Below, one piece after another: positions 1-11,819 of a stretch of DNA of 64,000 nt; position 1 is the first letter of the stretch; every line of letters starts with the position of its first letter. The notes below the pieces were generated by a model. It was not told the DNA's origin, searched no databases, and saw only the letters and a program-made list of their open reading frames with translations. The DNA is from Owenia fusiformis (lineage: Eukaryota). The stretch is from positions 1,488,001 through 1,552,000 of the forward strand of contig CAIIXF020000001.1 of assembly GCA_903813345.2 (NCBI GenBank). Direction: 5' to 3'. The position numbers were made by a program, and so were the translations under genes.

Positions 1-233
1 TAATTATTATAATAATACCGTAATTTCGAATTATCGCGTTAATCATGACGTTTACTTATAACATTGTACCCCAGGTATGAACAACTGATAAGGGCGTTAC
101 AAACAAAAACCAATTTTGAAATCAATTTCTAGAAGTAAACAGGATGTGAATGGCAAGTATCCACCGTGATAGCGAATTATGAAAATTATGAAAACACGTT
201 TTTGACCTTTCTAAAGATAAATCATGTTCTTAC

Positions 234-1472
234 AATATGACACAATCCGATAGAAAAAAACTTTTGTTTTCTTGTTGAGTTAGAGGCTAAAATTGACACC
301 AGGGGTATCATGAGCGACCAGAACATTATCCACTGCAGGTTTCCAAATTGTGGAGAATGGAGGGAAATGAGTGGTATCGATATGGAGAACTGAATTCAAC
401 AATGTTTTTCTCTTAAACCAATCATTGAAAACATTCTGTTAAAAAGCACGGTATTTTATGTAATGTTGACTGATTGACAACAATTTGATGCGAAAATTAT
501 TTAGAAATATTTTATATAACAGTTTTTGTTAACATTTTTTGTTTTTTTTAGTGCAATTGTTTTTGCTCCTTTCTACCAATTCTTGAGAATGAAATAAAAT
601 GTCTTTCCGAACCTTGTTGGAACAAAATAGCATATACAACATGTTTTTAGACCTCTCAATATTATAGTTATACAAAGGAATTTTTGGTTGATTTTAAAAA
701 AGTATTCAAAAAATTAAAACAAAATCCCCCGAAAATAGATAAAAATCAAGATAAACCTTTTATTTCATTAACAAGATACTTTTTTTAAAATCAACCAAAA
801 TTTCCTTTATACGAGAAAGATGTTTCATTTCACTCGTCAATTTATAAATGGTCATCTTTTGGATGGTAACATAATAATTTGAAATATATTCATATACTTT
901 TCTCTATATTGTTTTAGAAAACACACGAGACACTTCTTTTGTTCTTGGTATCATATGTTCGAAATGAAATGAAACATCTATCCGAACCTCATTGGAACAA
1001 AACGACATAAACACAACGTGTTTAGGTCTCTCAATATTGTAAATGTACAAAGGAAAGTTTGGTTGATTTTAAAAAGATATCTTGTTAATGAAATAAGAGG
1101 TTAAACTTAATTTTTATCTATTTTGGGAGGTTTTGTTTTAAGTTTTTGCATACTTATTGTAAAATCAACCAAAATGTCCTGTGTATAACTATACTATTAT
1201 GAGAGGTCTTAGAAAATGTATGCTATTTTGTTCCAACAAGGTTCGGAAAGACTTTTTATTTCATTCTCAAGAATTGGTAGAAAGGAACAAAAACAATTGC
1301 ACTAAAAAACAAAAAAATGTTAACATTGATGAGTTCAGTTCATCATATCGATACCTATCCTTTGGGAATTTTCGTATTTTAAATTTTGGTCACTCATGAC
1401 ATCCCTGGTGTCAATTTTAGCCTCTGACTCCACAAGGAAAGAAACGTTTTTTAATCAAATTGTGTCATATTG
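234..1472. mobile_element. Large degenerate fold-back element with nested inverted arms
   Basis: Outer arms ~234-320 and ~1388-1472 (gaggctaaaattgacaccaggg / ccctggtgtcaattttagcctc); inner arms ~529-805 and ~1050-1323, bounded by TTAA. A CACCCTG-TA end near 1584-1591 may belong to it. Confidence 0.7.
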
Positions 1473-2174
1473 TTAGGAAATGATCAAAGCTTTTTCTTAC
1501 AAAATGATAGACAATACATGGCATCTGGTTCAGCATATATCATATAATATTCATCTTTAAACGTGTGTATTGTTTTTTGGCCCACCCTGTAAAATTGAAT
1601 AAATGTACACGGAAAATGAACTATAATTTGATGATGCGACATGATGACACCTACTACTAATTATAGGTGATGTCACTTAGTTTCATCGCACTGTAGACAC
1701 TAGTAGATATACAGTTTTATTGAAATTGAAATGATAAAAAGGACTCCTTTACCATCTCTAACATTTATGTAATTGGCAAATTATTATATTGGACGAAGCA
1801 AAAAATCAATGAAATTAGAGTATACATTGGGTTCTATTAAGCAAATTGCTTCTTACGTTTAATACTTGATGAAAATCTACCATGAATCAAGCAAATGGCA
1901 AAAGTGACTAATCAACAGAAGTTACATAATTTTAAAAGTTACGTCCCCAATCATCAAGCCAATATTTGACCAATAAGCCCAGAATAAAATATTATATGAT
2001 GTATGGATTAATTGGGCATGTAATCTGTCATTGGCTGTGGATAGGAATGGTCATTGTGAAACACCCTGGTCATCATCGTTGGAGTTTATCCCCGGAAATA
2101 TATATCTAAGCCGTTTTGAAGAAGTAGAACCTCAAAGACGACGGCATCGATAAAACAACTAAAAGAAGGCCTAC

Positions 2175-2256
2175 CCGCACCTGTAGTACCAATGACGTCA
2201 CCATTACAAATACACTCGTTTCTAACACCGCGTCCTCCATTGACACACTGTAATCT
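2175..2256 (-). CDS. Probable exon 2 of the PAN protein, EGF-like segment
   Basis: Acceptor ctgtttcag, phase 0: RLQCVNGGRGVRNECICNGDVIGTTGA. Candidate donor G|GTAGGC at 2175/2174; read-through stops at 2086. Downstream exons were not found. Confidence 0.5.
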
Positions 2257-2490
2257 CTGAAACAGAATTACAATTAGAAAAGTGATGAGACGTTCAGTAT
2301 GAATTATTGAAATCCATTCAACCTAGACCTTCAAAATCAATGTATCCCTGAGGAGGACTGTTTGAGATAAGTGCCGATGTATTTATAAAAGTCAATCGCC
2401 GATAGCTGAATTACGATGCATAATCCGGGTTGGATAACACTTTTGTTTTATGACATGACATGTACATTACTGAGAATATGCATTGTACCA

Positions 2491-3104
2491 TTAAAGGCTC
2501 CATATAAAGCTTAAATCACCTTGGCTAGTCTTACAGTACCCCAATTTTATCTAATATCTGAAACTTTGTTTTTGCATTTCAAAGGGACTTTTTGGTCGAA
2601 AAATCGTGAATTTATTCAAAACTAATTTTTAGAGCTCACACATATTATTTTAATAAGCAACAATTCACAACAATGCGTAGCGTTTATCCCCACATGTCTT
2701 TTGTACAAAGAATTAAGAAAATTGGTTGATAAATAAGCAAGAATTATATAAACTCAATTTCGCATGAAAGTGGTCCAGAGAAAAATGCATTTTAAAATTT
2801 TAGTTCTCATTGAAACCAATGGTACAGAGATATATAAAACATTTAAAATTATTCTTATTTCTAACCTAGATATACAGTGATATTTAAAACACAATATATT
2901 CTTATTTCTAACCTAGTTATACAATCAACATTTGGTTTGTTTTGAGAATCTAGCATATTTAAAAAAACTGAGAAAAATATTGGATTTTTTTCAAAACATT
3001 TTTGCAACCTAAATGACGATATCACTTGGGCGCAAAATATCTTTAATATGTTTAAGTGGCACATTAGGAACGATATTTTATTATTCAAACTGTATGGCCT
3101 TTAA
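2491..3104. mobile_element. Possible TTAA-flanked (Kolobok-like) MITE
   Basis: ttaaaggctccata ... tatggcctttaa; short imperfect TIRs only. Confidence 0.35.
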
Positions 3105-3797
3105 TATTTGCAATGGTTTTTTAAGTTAATATATTTTGCACTGTGTATTGTGGAATATTTTTGATAATTAAAAACGTTCATCTTTTATTTGATAAATGGC
3201 GGAAAATTTGACTTATTTGAAAAAAATTATCAAAAATTTCCCATATAACTTTCAAAGTCATAATATAGTAAATGAATGATAAAAACATATTTTCAAACTT
3301 AAGATATAATGATAATTCATGATGAACCAGTGAAAAAGTAAACTGAATAATAATTATATTATAATTATCACGGGTTGTCATTGAAAGATATGTCCAGCTT
3401 TGGTCACGATTTTCGGACTGCAACCAAAAATTGCCGAAAATGCTACAAAGAATTTCATTCATTGGTTCAAAAGTACCACCCACTCGCCCACACGATATAA
3501 ACATTTTCATTTGCATTCATATCAATGTAACATTTAAAATCTGAGTTGACATTTCTTCAAAATTAATCTGCATTATATATACTTCTTTCAGAATATTACA
3601 CATGGAAGAGTTCTACCTATTTTCCTTGGTTGGTGGACAAAAAGTTTATTTATTTTGTGCATCATTTTTTACAATTTGATCAGTTTTACTATTTTCAAAG
3701 TCTTCTTAGATTATATCATGATATATTATCATGATGAAGGGGTTATACTAAATTTCATGAAGGGGACAGTTGTTTTAGATACGTAACTTCATCTCAC

Positions 3798-4091
3798 CTT
3801 TACAAGTAGTCGCTCGACGGAAGAGCAAGGTGGTTCCAAAATCGTCAACTCGTATAAAGTACAAGATTTTGAGCTCTTTAAATACGACATCGCGGTGCAG
3901 CCAAGTGTTTCGAAGCATGTCCGTGCACATTTAAGTCTGCTTACGCCATGTAATTGAAACTGGATTGCAGATGCCAGTGTTGCGCCATCAGCGCATACAT
4001 CTTTGCTTTCAAAATCCCCATTTAGTACATTTGTGCCGTCTGTATTATTAGCAAAACATAATAAAACAATTACAAACAAAAACGCTTCCAT
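3798..4091 (-). CDS. Exon 1 of a secreted PAN/Apple-domain protein
   Basis: Hydrophobic signal peptide (MEAFLFVIVLLCFANNTDG), then SRLKCARTCFETLGCTAMSYLKSSKSCTLY = C-x3-C-x5-C...C-x-L-Y PAN pattern; ends at donor AAG|GTGAGA (phase 0). Confidence 0.7.
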
Positions 4092-5024
4092 GGTTACCGG
4101 TTCATCAAATTCCCCCGACTATATAATGACATCCCAAAGCCGACTGTCATCTAACATTCCCATGTTGCCAACTATAAGTTGCCCACTATAGGTTCTTTAG
4201 TCCCCATCGATTATATTCTTTCTTTCCATACGGGACGTGTAATTACTCTTAACATTGTGATTTGAATATGATCGAAATTCGAAACCGAGGCAAAAATAAG
4301 CTTAATCACACAAGTTTAGTTGATAAAACACGAAATGTCGTTTACTTTACTTCAAATATAGATTCGCTTCGTTTTCTAAGGATTGTCAACGTTATTACCC
4401 AGCGGGCATAAATCAGGTAGATTTCCTAATATGGTCCATATAGTTGAAATAATTACTCTCAAGCTCCACTTGAGATGCTGAAGGATATAGGTATTGTTTA
4501 CTATTGGCGCTGAACTCACAATTTTTTTCACTTGGCACCTTTTGAGGTGGATCCCGGCTATGATCATCACATGATATATCAATAAAGTTTTAAACAGATT
4601 CAACCTTCAACCAACACTTTTTGATAACTCATGAAATAAAGTCACTTTCAAAGATCTTAATATGGAAGTCAATGGAAGTCTGGCCCAAGAAAAAATCTGA
4701 ATAAAAGATGGTAGCACTGGTTTTCATTCATTTTTCAGCTATTTAGAAACTATCTTATTCATAACCTCATTACAACGTGCATTTTACCGAAGAGTATAAA
4801 CCGATGCGCGTTATACCAAAAACCATTACAACGAAGTGAAAACATATTTTTGAAGTTAAGCCAGGTGTAAAAGGGTAGAAGGTCCTATATGGCGACCTAA
4901 ATACAACTCCTTCCCTTATTATCTTATACGCAATCAGGGCCAGTAAGGGCCGTTAAGAAAGGGGACCATAATCCCTGGGGGACCATCATTTCTTTCACAC
5001 CGGTATACACCAATTGCGCAAAAT

Positions 5025-5182
5025 CCCACTTGCCCCATCTAGTCCCATCTCGCCCCATCGAATCCCAACTTGCCCCATCGAATCCCACGAAGTCTCATGA
5101 GACCTTGATGACTTTGCCCCATCGTGCCCCATGGAGTCCCATCGAGCCCTATGGAGTCCATCAAATCCTACTGTGCCCCATT
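5025..5182 (+). repeat. Degenerate ~10-bp (g/t)ccccatcga satellite
   Basis: Repeated gccccatc / gtcccatc / aatccca motifs. Confidence 0.65.
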
Positions 5183-5448
5183 GGTGTATGTATGTCACTT
5201 CAGGGACTTTACAGACATGATCAAAATGCTTTCAAATTGCAGTCAAACGCCTTGGTTCAGGGAGACATAAGAAGACATTTTGACCATGACTGTAAAGTTC
5301 TTGGAGAGATTTTGATGAAACTCCACAAATTCACCAAACATTAAGTGAGGATAATTTGTGCCAAATCTGAAGTGCCAAAACACTATGGTTAGAAAGTTAT
5401 TTGGTTTATTGCTGTGGCAGTCACCTCTGACTGCGTTTTCATATTTTC

Positions 5449-5757
5449 CTAGTACAACTGTCATTTGAGCAGGTGTCCAAGGCATCATGTTTTACAACTT
5501 ACTGACAACAGGAGCTATTCATACACAGTTTCTTCTTTCTTTTCCTGAAAAAATGAACATAATTGAATTAGTATTTTCCAAGATATAGTGATTTTCCATT
5601 CACGTTTTTCGTATTTTGCTAGTATAACTGTCTTTAAGCAAGTGTCCAAGACATCATGTTTTACAACTAACTAACAACAGTGGCTATACATATGATACAG
5701 TCTCTTCTTTCTTTCCTGAAAATATAACATAATTGGATTAGTATTTTCCAAGATAGC
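5449..5757 (+). repeat. Imperfect direct duplication, period ~170 bp
   Basis: gtgtccaag.catcatgttttacaact...tcttctttct..cctgaaaa...aacataattg.attagtattttccaagata occurs twice. Confidence 0.8.
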
Positions 5758-6341
5758 GATTTCTTTGGGTTGCATTTTTTTAACACCCTTGTATTTTGTT
5801 TATTATCGACGAAATCAACAATTATAAATTACTTTCGACCAATCAAAATTTGTGGCATCTCTACATTGACGACAGTTGGCGGTATCTCTGAACTCTTGGG
5901 TATTTCCCCCCCCCCCCCCCAACAATTAAGAATTGTAAAACGTCAACAATGAGGAAACCACCTGTTTCTCCCTTTGTATTTAACGTCCTTATTTCAGATA
6001 GCATTGCGGGTATAGGAGAAAGGTTCCCTTTAACTTGAATATTTATCAGTTTTAGTGGTTCAGTTTTCATATTAACCTTATGTATCTGATTGTTATACAA
6101 ATTAAAATATGTCCAGTAAAATAAAATATTATCTGTCTAATACAAGGAAATATATCTCACTTTTTGAGATTTTATAACATGGGGACTATGGGGAATCAAC
6201 CCGAACTACAAGTCACATTTTCAAAAAAATTAAATTTCATATTTCTAAATGTAATTTTACATATAGATTTCAAATAATATTTATATATGTTTTCAGCATA
6301 ACTCTGAAGGTATCAATAAGATCTATGTATTTGGTCTTTTT

Positions 6342-6665
6342 CACGCCCGGCGATCGTAAAAAATGGATGGAGGGGGGATTAGGCGATTTCTGCAAGAAAA
6401 CTCAACACATTTGGAAGATTTATTTCTTCATGAGAAAACTAACGACTGAATTGCCAAATGAATAGGCGCAGTGCATGGCAAAATATGTTAGGTCATCTAG
6501 TATTCTTTTTGAACTGATACCCTTCTAAGATATGAGATCTATTAAAAAAGGCGCATCATCACCAACGTGCAAAAGTCAATGTTTTTGCTATAAATCGGGC
6601 AACAATGGTCTGCACGACCTAAGGGACGTTATTATCACAACACTAATGACATTGCTCACTTTTTA
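6342..6665 (+). mobile_element. Truncated copy of the CACGCCCG-ended MITE family
   Basis: Homologous to 37819-38270 and 43930-44244 (gatttctgcaagaaaa...aataggcgca...gcaaaagtcaatgtttttgctataaatc). Confidence 0.85.
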
Positions 6666-7109
6666 AAGTTAGTTTCCATGCGTTATACAAAAAATAATCG
6701 AAATGAATTAATATTGGATGGAGGGGGGATTGGATGGAGGGGGGATAACGTGTATATAAGACATGATAAGACATGCTACTTGAATTTATTCTTATGACTC
6801 CAAATTTGTGACAAATATATCCTTACATTTGACAATTTGAACATTCATCTGACTGACAAGTGTTTTGAGAGTGACAAAAATAAAAAATTTGTTCTGAATG
6901 TAAATATATGCAAGTAAATGTGACTCATTCCAGCCAGTAATCAAAAATGGAACATAACAACTATTTGTTGCATTAAATTCTTTGCCTGACTAAAAAGGAA
7001 TAAAACTGACAAAATATGACAAGTAAATTTTTAAATTGACAAATGACAATTTTGAAAATTTAAAAGTGACTAAAGCGTCCTAACTGCCCCTTCTTTGGGA
7101 GCCCTATAC

Positions 7110-7671
7110 CAGGGTGTCAAATAAATCTGTTCTCCCCCCCCCCTTAACTTTTTTATTTTTGAATTTATCATACTTTCCCATATATCATTTTGAAGCTCAT
7201 GGAAAATGCTGATCACCCTCAAAAAATCAATAATGCAATATTCTTAATCAAATTCCTACAATGTTTCCAGGTATAGTGAATGAAAAGTGAAAGGTTGATA
7301 CTGCAGTGACAATGCCAACATTGGGTGATTTCGATGTTTCTCAGTATCATTACAGAGTAAAATGTATTACATTCAGGGGAGCCTTTGAAGCAGGGGCATC
7401 TTTCATCAAAAAATAGTTGATAACACCTAAAATTAAACGTTCTGAATGATTTATACAGGATCATATCCTCGTAGAATTGAGGCCATACAGGCTGCTGGGG
7501 GAGACATGCAGACTATTAAAAAGTGAAATATGGACATCACTAAAAATACTCTAAAAAATTTGGGATTTAACCAATCACTCTGAAATTTGGTGTGTGATCA
7601 GCAAATTAAAGCTATGTTATCTCTGAATTAAAAAAAGTTAAGGGGGGAGAACAGACTTATTTGACGCCCTG
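7110..7671. mobile_element. Tc1/mariner-type MITE with CAGGGTG ends
   Basis: TIR cagggtgtcaaataaatctgttctccccc..ttaactttttt / aaaaaagttaaggggggagaacagacttatttgacgccctg, followed by TA; a related left end lies at ~40598. Confidence 0.85.
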
Positions 7672-9326
7672 TAGTGCTGGAGCAGACCAATTACTTCAAC
7701 ACTTTCCAAGAAATATATAGCTAGGGGTCATTAACAGAAAATCTGTTTTTTAAGAATTGATAAATCAATTGTTGTAACCATGAATAAGTTGTTGGAAGGC
7801 TTTGTATATCATCAAAGAGTACGATCAATATTGAATGATCCAAACGACTCTTCTAAAGGCAATGAATTTAACAAAATCAAGTTGACACTGCATCGAATAT
7901 ACATATTGTCCTCAAGTTTCAAAGTTTGACAATTTCTAGGTGATCAGGTCATCGAATTCTGATAAATGGAAACATTATAAATAAATAAATAAATAAATAA
8001 ATAAATGAATATATCGATTCTTTTTACATTGGAGAGGAATTTTGAAAGTTATAAACATTTTGAATAACAGCCTGGAGTGAAGGTTGATCTCTTCTCGAGT
8101 CATTCACATGACTTTCAGAACCTTGCCTATGGACATATCTACAAAAAACAATTGATATATCAAGCAACAATATTTTACCATGGTATAGAATATCATGTCT
8201 AGAAGGCATCTAGGGTCAATGGAGCCAATTGAGGATACTTTTGTTGAATGAAATACATTTTAATTTCCTCGACTATACAATATTACATTTTCAATTTTTT
8301 TCAGCATGGTAGATAATGGTAATGATTTTAAGGCTAGTAGGTCTTTTCTATGGTTCGTAATGCTACGTACTGTTTTAATCCGTGATTCAGATATAATGTC
8401 ACTCGGATTGAATCTATAGAAATGTGGTGCGTGATTTCATCTCAACGTTCCAAGAAATTTTGGAAAAAGAGATTTGATTGAGTGCTTTTTAGAATAACTC
8501 ATTACATACTTTCAAAGGAGGAAACGTATTTTCATAGGAAAAGATAAAACAATATTACCTTAATTTTTTGAAAGCCTTGCTTGACCCCCTAGTCCCTCTC
8601 CCAATTTGCTTTGAAATTGACAGAAAAATAAGCAATAGTCAAAAAAATACACACATATCCATTTATTCTCAAATAATCATCCGATAGCTCGAATTTTCTC
8701 GATTCAGCTTGTACGTGCAACAACCATTTAAAAATAGTGCCATAAGTACTTGGCCATCTTTGTTCACTCGGCTCCTGTCGGAACGCAGTGAAGACCGAGC
8801 GTGCGAAGATGCACTGGATTCACATAGAAGTTTCAATATTTTCAATACTTAACAGTAGGAGCTAAAAAAAGTGTTTTAAGTTTTCTTTTGCATATGAAAG
8901 GTTAATATAGTAATATTGTACAAGTGCCTAGCTAAATTGAGAACGTGGGTATTAGCTTGGATCAATAAGTACGATTTTCCACAACAATTGAGTTGGAACT
9001 TCACAAGTACACTAATTGGTAGCTTTGTGCGTGATTTTTCTGAAAAAAGGAGATAATGTTTATAATCTTATAACTTCAAAATCATTTTTTCGATAAAATG
9101 ATTTTCGGTACAACGGGCATTGGTATGCTTTTCAGTACAATGCGTGTCTGTATAATGAGGTTACCCAATCTTAGTAAGGTCCTTGTGGACATCCTTGATG
9201 GACACCACACTAAGTTTTCCATATTTTTATTGTATTTTGCTGTATATCATGTATTTAGGGGTGTGAGTGCAAACTCCCACTTTCAAGAAAAAAGTTGACT
9301 TACAATTTCACTGTAATTTTAGTTGT

Positions 9327-9382
9327 GTACAGGGTGAGCACAGGGTGGTACAGGGTGAGCACAGGGTGGTACAGGGTGAGCA
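9327..9382 (+). repeat. 21-bp minisatellite x ~2.7 built from CAGGGTG motifs
   Basis: (gtacagggtgagcacagggtg)n. Confidence 0.85.
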
Positions 9383-10809
9383 AACAAATCTTACTAACTA
9401 AGTCTATGGTCACGATTTTATGGGCATTTTACAAAACAAGCTCCAAATGGCTGCCTTGTCCCTCACGAACAACCCCCCCCCCGCCTCCCCATCTTTGGAG
9501 CCATCTCAAAGATCATGTTAACACTAACAACAAAGACACATCAGAGTTCAACACAACCATAACTCGTAGCGACAAAATATAACTAATAAAAACACACCAA
9601 ATGATGATATAATTTGCATGGATGCATTTTATTTGTTAAATTAACACTAAAACTATAGCTTCTAGCTGTGAACATTCACTTAGTATATGATATATCCAAA
9701 CACTATGCTCAGGCATAGGAAACATGAACTACAGAATACAGAATACACATTATGTACATTAAATGTACTCAAGTTATTGCCTTAACTGTACAGACAATTG
9801 ACTTTGTCACAAATGTCTACATTCAAGTAGATATTAAGAGAGGAGAAACTGTTTTTTCTTTCAGTTGTTAACAACAGCTATAAACCTTCATTTTGCACAT
9901 AGTCTTCAAAAAATGACTTGTAAAGATAAGAAAATACATCATAATGTAAATATTTTCTTGATTTAAATTACATGAATAAATGCAATTTGAAACTAAAAGA
10001 ATATTGAATAATACCTTTTATATACTTGTATCTTCAGTGCCATCAATACTTTCAGAATGCATTTTAATGACGGAGAATAGTGTGGTTCATACAGTCATAG
10101 GTGTTAGAATTTCAACGTTTTCCTATATTTTATATTTACTTGACTTATTAAAGAACTTTCCTGAGTGAATATCAACAAGGATTAATTACAACAATTTGTG
10201 ACATGATTGCTATTCTTTTTTCTAAGAGCTATTCGTAATTGCTTTTTGAAGTTAACATCCTTGTCACAGGAGAGTTATAAGAATTAAGTCTGTTGATATA
10301 CAGGGTGTTCATAAAGCATTCTGGGAGTCAATCCTCCTTGACTATGAACCAAGTATATGGTATAATCATGATTTCCTACTCCTCCAAGCTGTAGCATATT
10401 ATTGCAAATTGTGTATTAGAATAGATCTTTCTTGAAATGTCTATATAACAACATAAAATAAAACAAATAATCAAATAATAGCAGCTATTGATTACAGCAT
10501 TAAAAGGCATTATGAGGACGAGGTCAATACAATTGATTCTCAAATGAAATGATTTTCAAAGTCACATTTTAGTGTTATTAAAATATAAACTATAAAAATC
10601 TTGATAAAGCAGAATTAATTTTCTGGTAGTACACCACAAGAGATCCTTGTTCTTACTATGAGGTCATATTTTCCAAGTAGAGAATGTTCTGATGGTTAAA
10701 CAATGCTTGGATGGTTTAGAAAAGTGTTTCACAGAAATACCAGTACACACATTATCCTATATTCAATTCTATGAGCCTGTCTTATTGATAACATTCCTTA
10801 TCATGTATA

Positions 10810-10886
10810 CAGGGTGTCCATCAAACCTCTTTTCAATTACAATACAAAATCTAAGTGAAGTGTAGAGAATCTTCATGGACACCCTG
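10810..10886. mobile_element. 77-bp hairpin MITE (TA|CAGGGTGTCCAT...ATGGACACCCTG|TA)
   Basis: TIRs and TA flanks; family members at 11538-11612 and 41702-41771. Confidence 0.85.
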
Positions 10887-11537
10887 TAAATTCTAGAAAA
10901 TTCTAAGATTCACAGCTTATTCAAGTGAAATCATATTTTTACATTTATAGCTATTTATTTTTCAATATGTTATATGATAATATTTCTTGAGATGTTGATG
11001 AACACATTGTTTGGATTCAAATGAGGATTCTAGTTACAACCAAGTTGTATAATATATTTATAACATATTTGTAATTCGTCATGCATAAACTAAGATATAA
11101 TAGACAGACACTGTGTATTTAATAAAACTAGTACATCAACTAGCAAATATATACGTTTGGTTAATGCTTTTGTCTTAATACAGTTCATAAATAAATTAGC
11201 ATAGCACCTTTTAATACATAACACCATCAACATAATATCTGTCAATTTATCGATTCAATCGAATGGCCTCTTAATAAAACAGAAAGAACATGTTCAAATA
11301 AATGCCTGATATTGTTCTTTTAAATATGACTTAAATATGAGCCTGTATCTTGATAATGTTATAAAACTAAATTGTGTATATCTCAAATATTCAGTATAAT
11401 CTTTCATTCTGTGCCATTGTTCTATGTAAATCTTAATACATATATTAAATGATGTCTAGACACTGAACATTAATTGGATGACAATGTTATACATTAAAAC
11501 ACCCTGTACAGTCATATATGTTTATACAGCATATATA

Positions 11538-11612
11538 CAGGGTGTCCATGAAGTCGCTTTACATTAACAATGCAGTCTATGTAAGGTGTAAAGAGACTTT
11601 ATGGAAACCCTG
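11538..11612. mobile_element. 75-bp hairpin MITE, 15 nt downstream of the ph stop codon
   Basis: ta|cagggtgtccatgaagtcgctttaca...tgtaaagagactttatggaaaccctg|ta. Confidence 0.85.
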
Positions 11613-11627
11613 TATTACACACTAAGA

Positions 11628-11819
11628 TCAATCATCTTTCAAAGCATTAATTTTTGCACATATTTTCAAAGCAGGGCCAAGTTTTATGTTCATGGTTGTC
11701 ATAAGGTGGTCTTCCTTGAGTAAAAGCAGAGCTTGGCCATCTATCTCTTGAGAACGGAACTCATCAGCGTATGTTTCACAACCTGGGAGAGAGTGGATGA
11801 ATTCATAAACTTCACGGAC
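11628..11819 (-). CDS. ph: Polyhomeotic last exon, SAM domain
   Basis: VREVYEFIHSLPGCETYADEFRSQEIDGQALLLLKEDHLMTTMNIKLGPALKICAKINALKDD*; typical Ph/Scm SAM; acceptor ttgcag at 11820-11825. Confidence 0.95.
   Translation of the reverse strand, partial: VREVYEFIHSLPGCETYADEFRSQEIDGQALLLLKEDHLMTTMNIKLGPALKICAKINALKDD

Noticed and set aside
4995-5344. ORFs over the ccccatc repeat
   Set aside because: They arise from a degenerate ~10-bp satellite and lack protein-like features.
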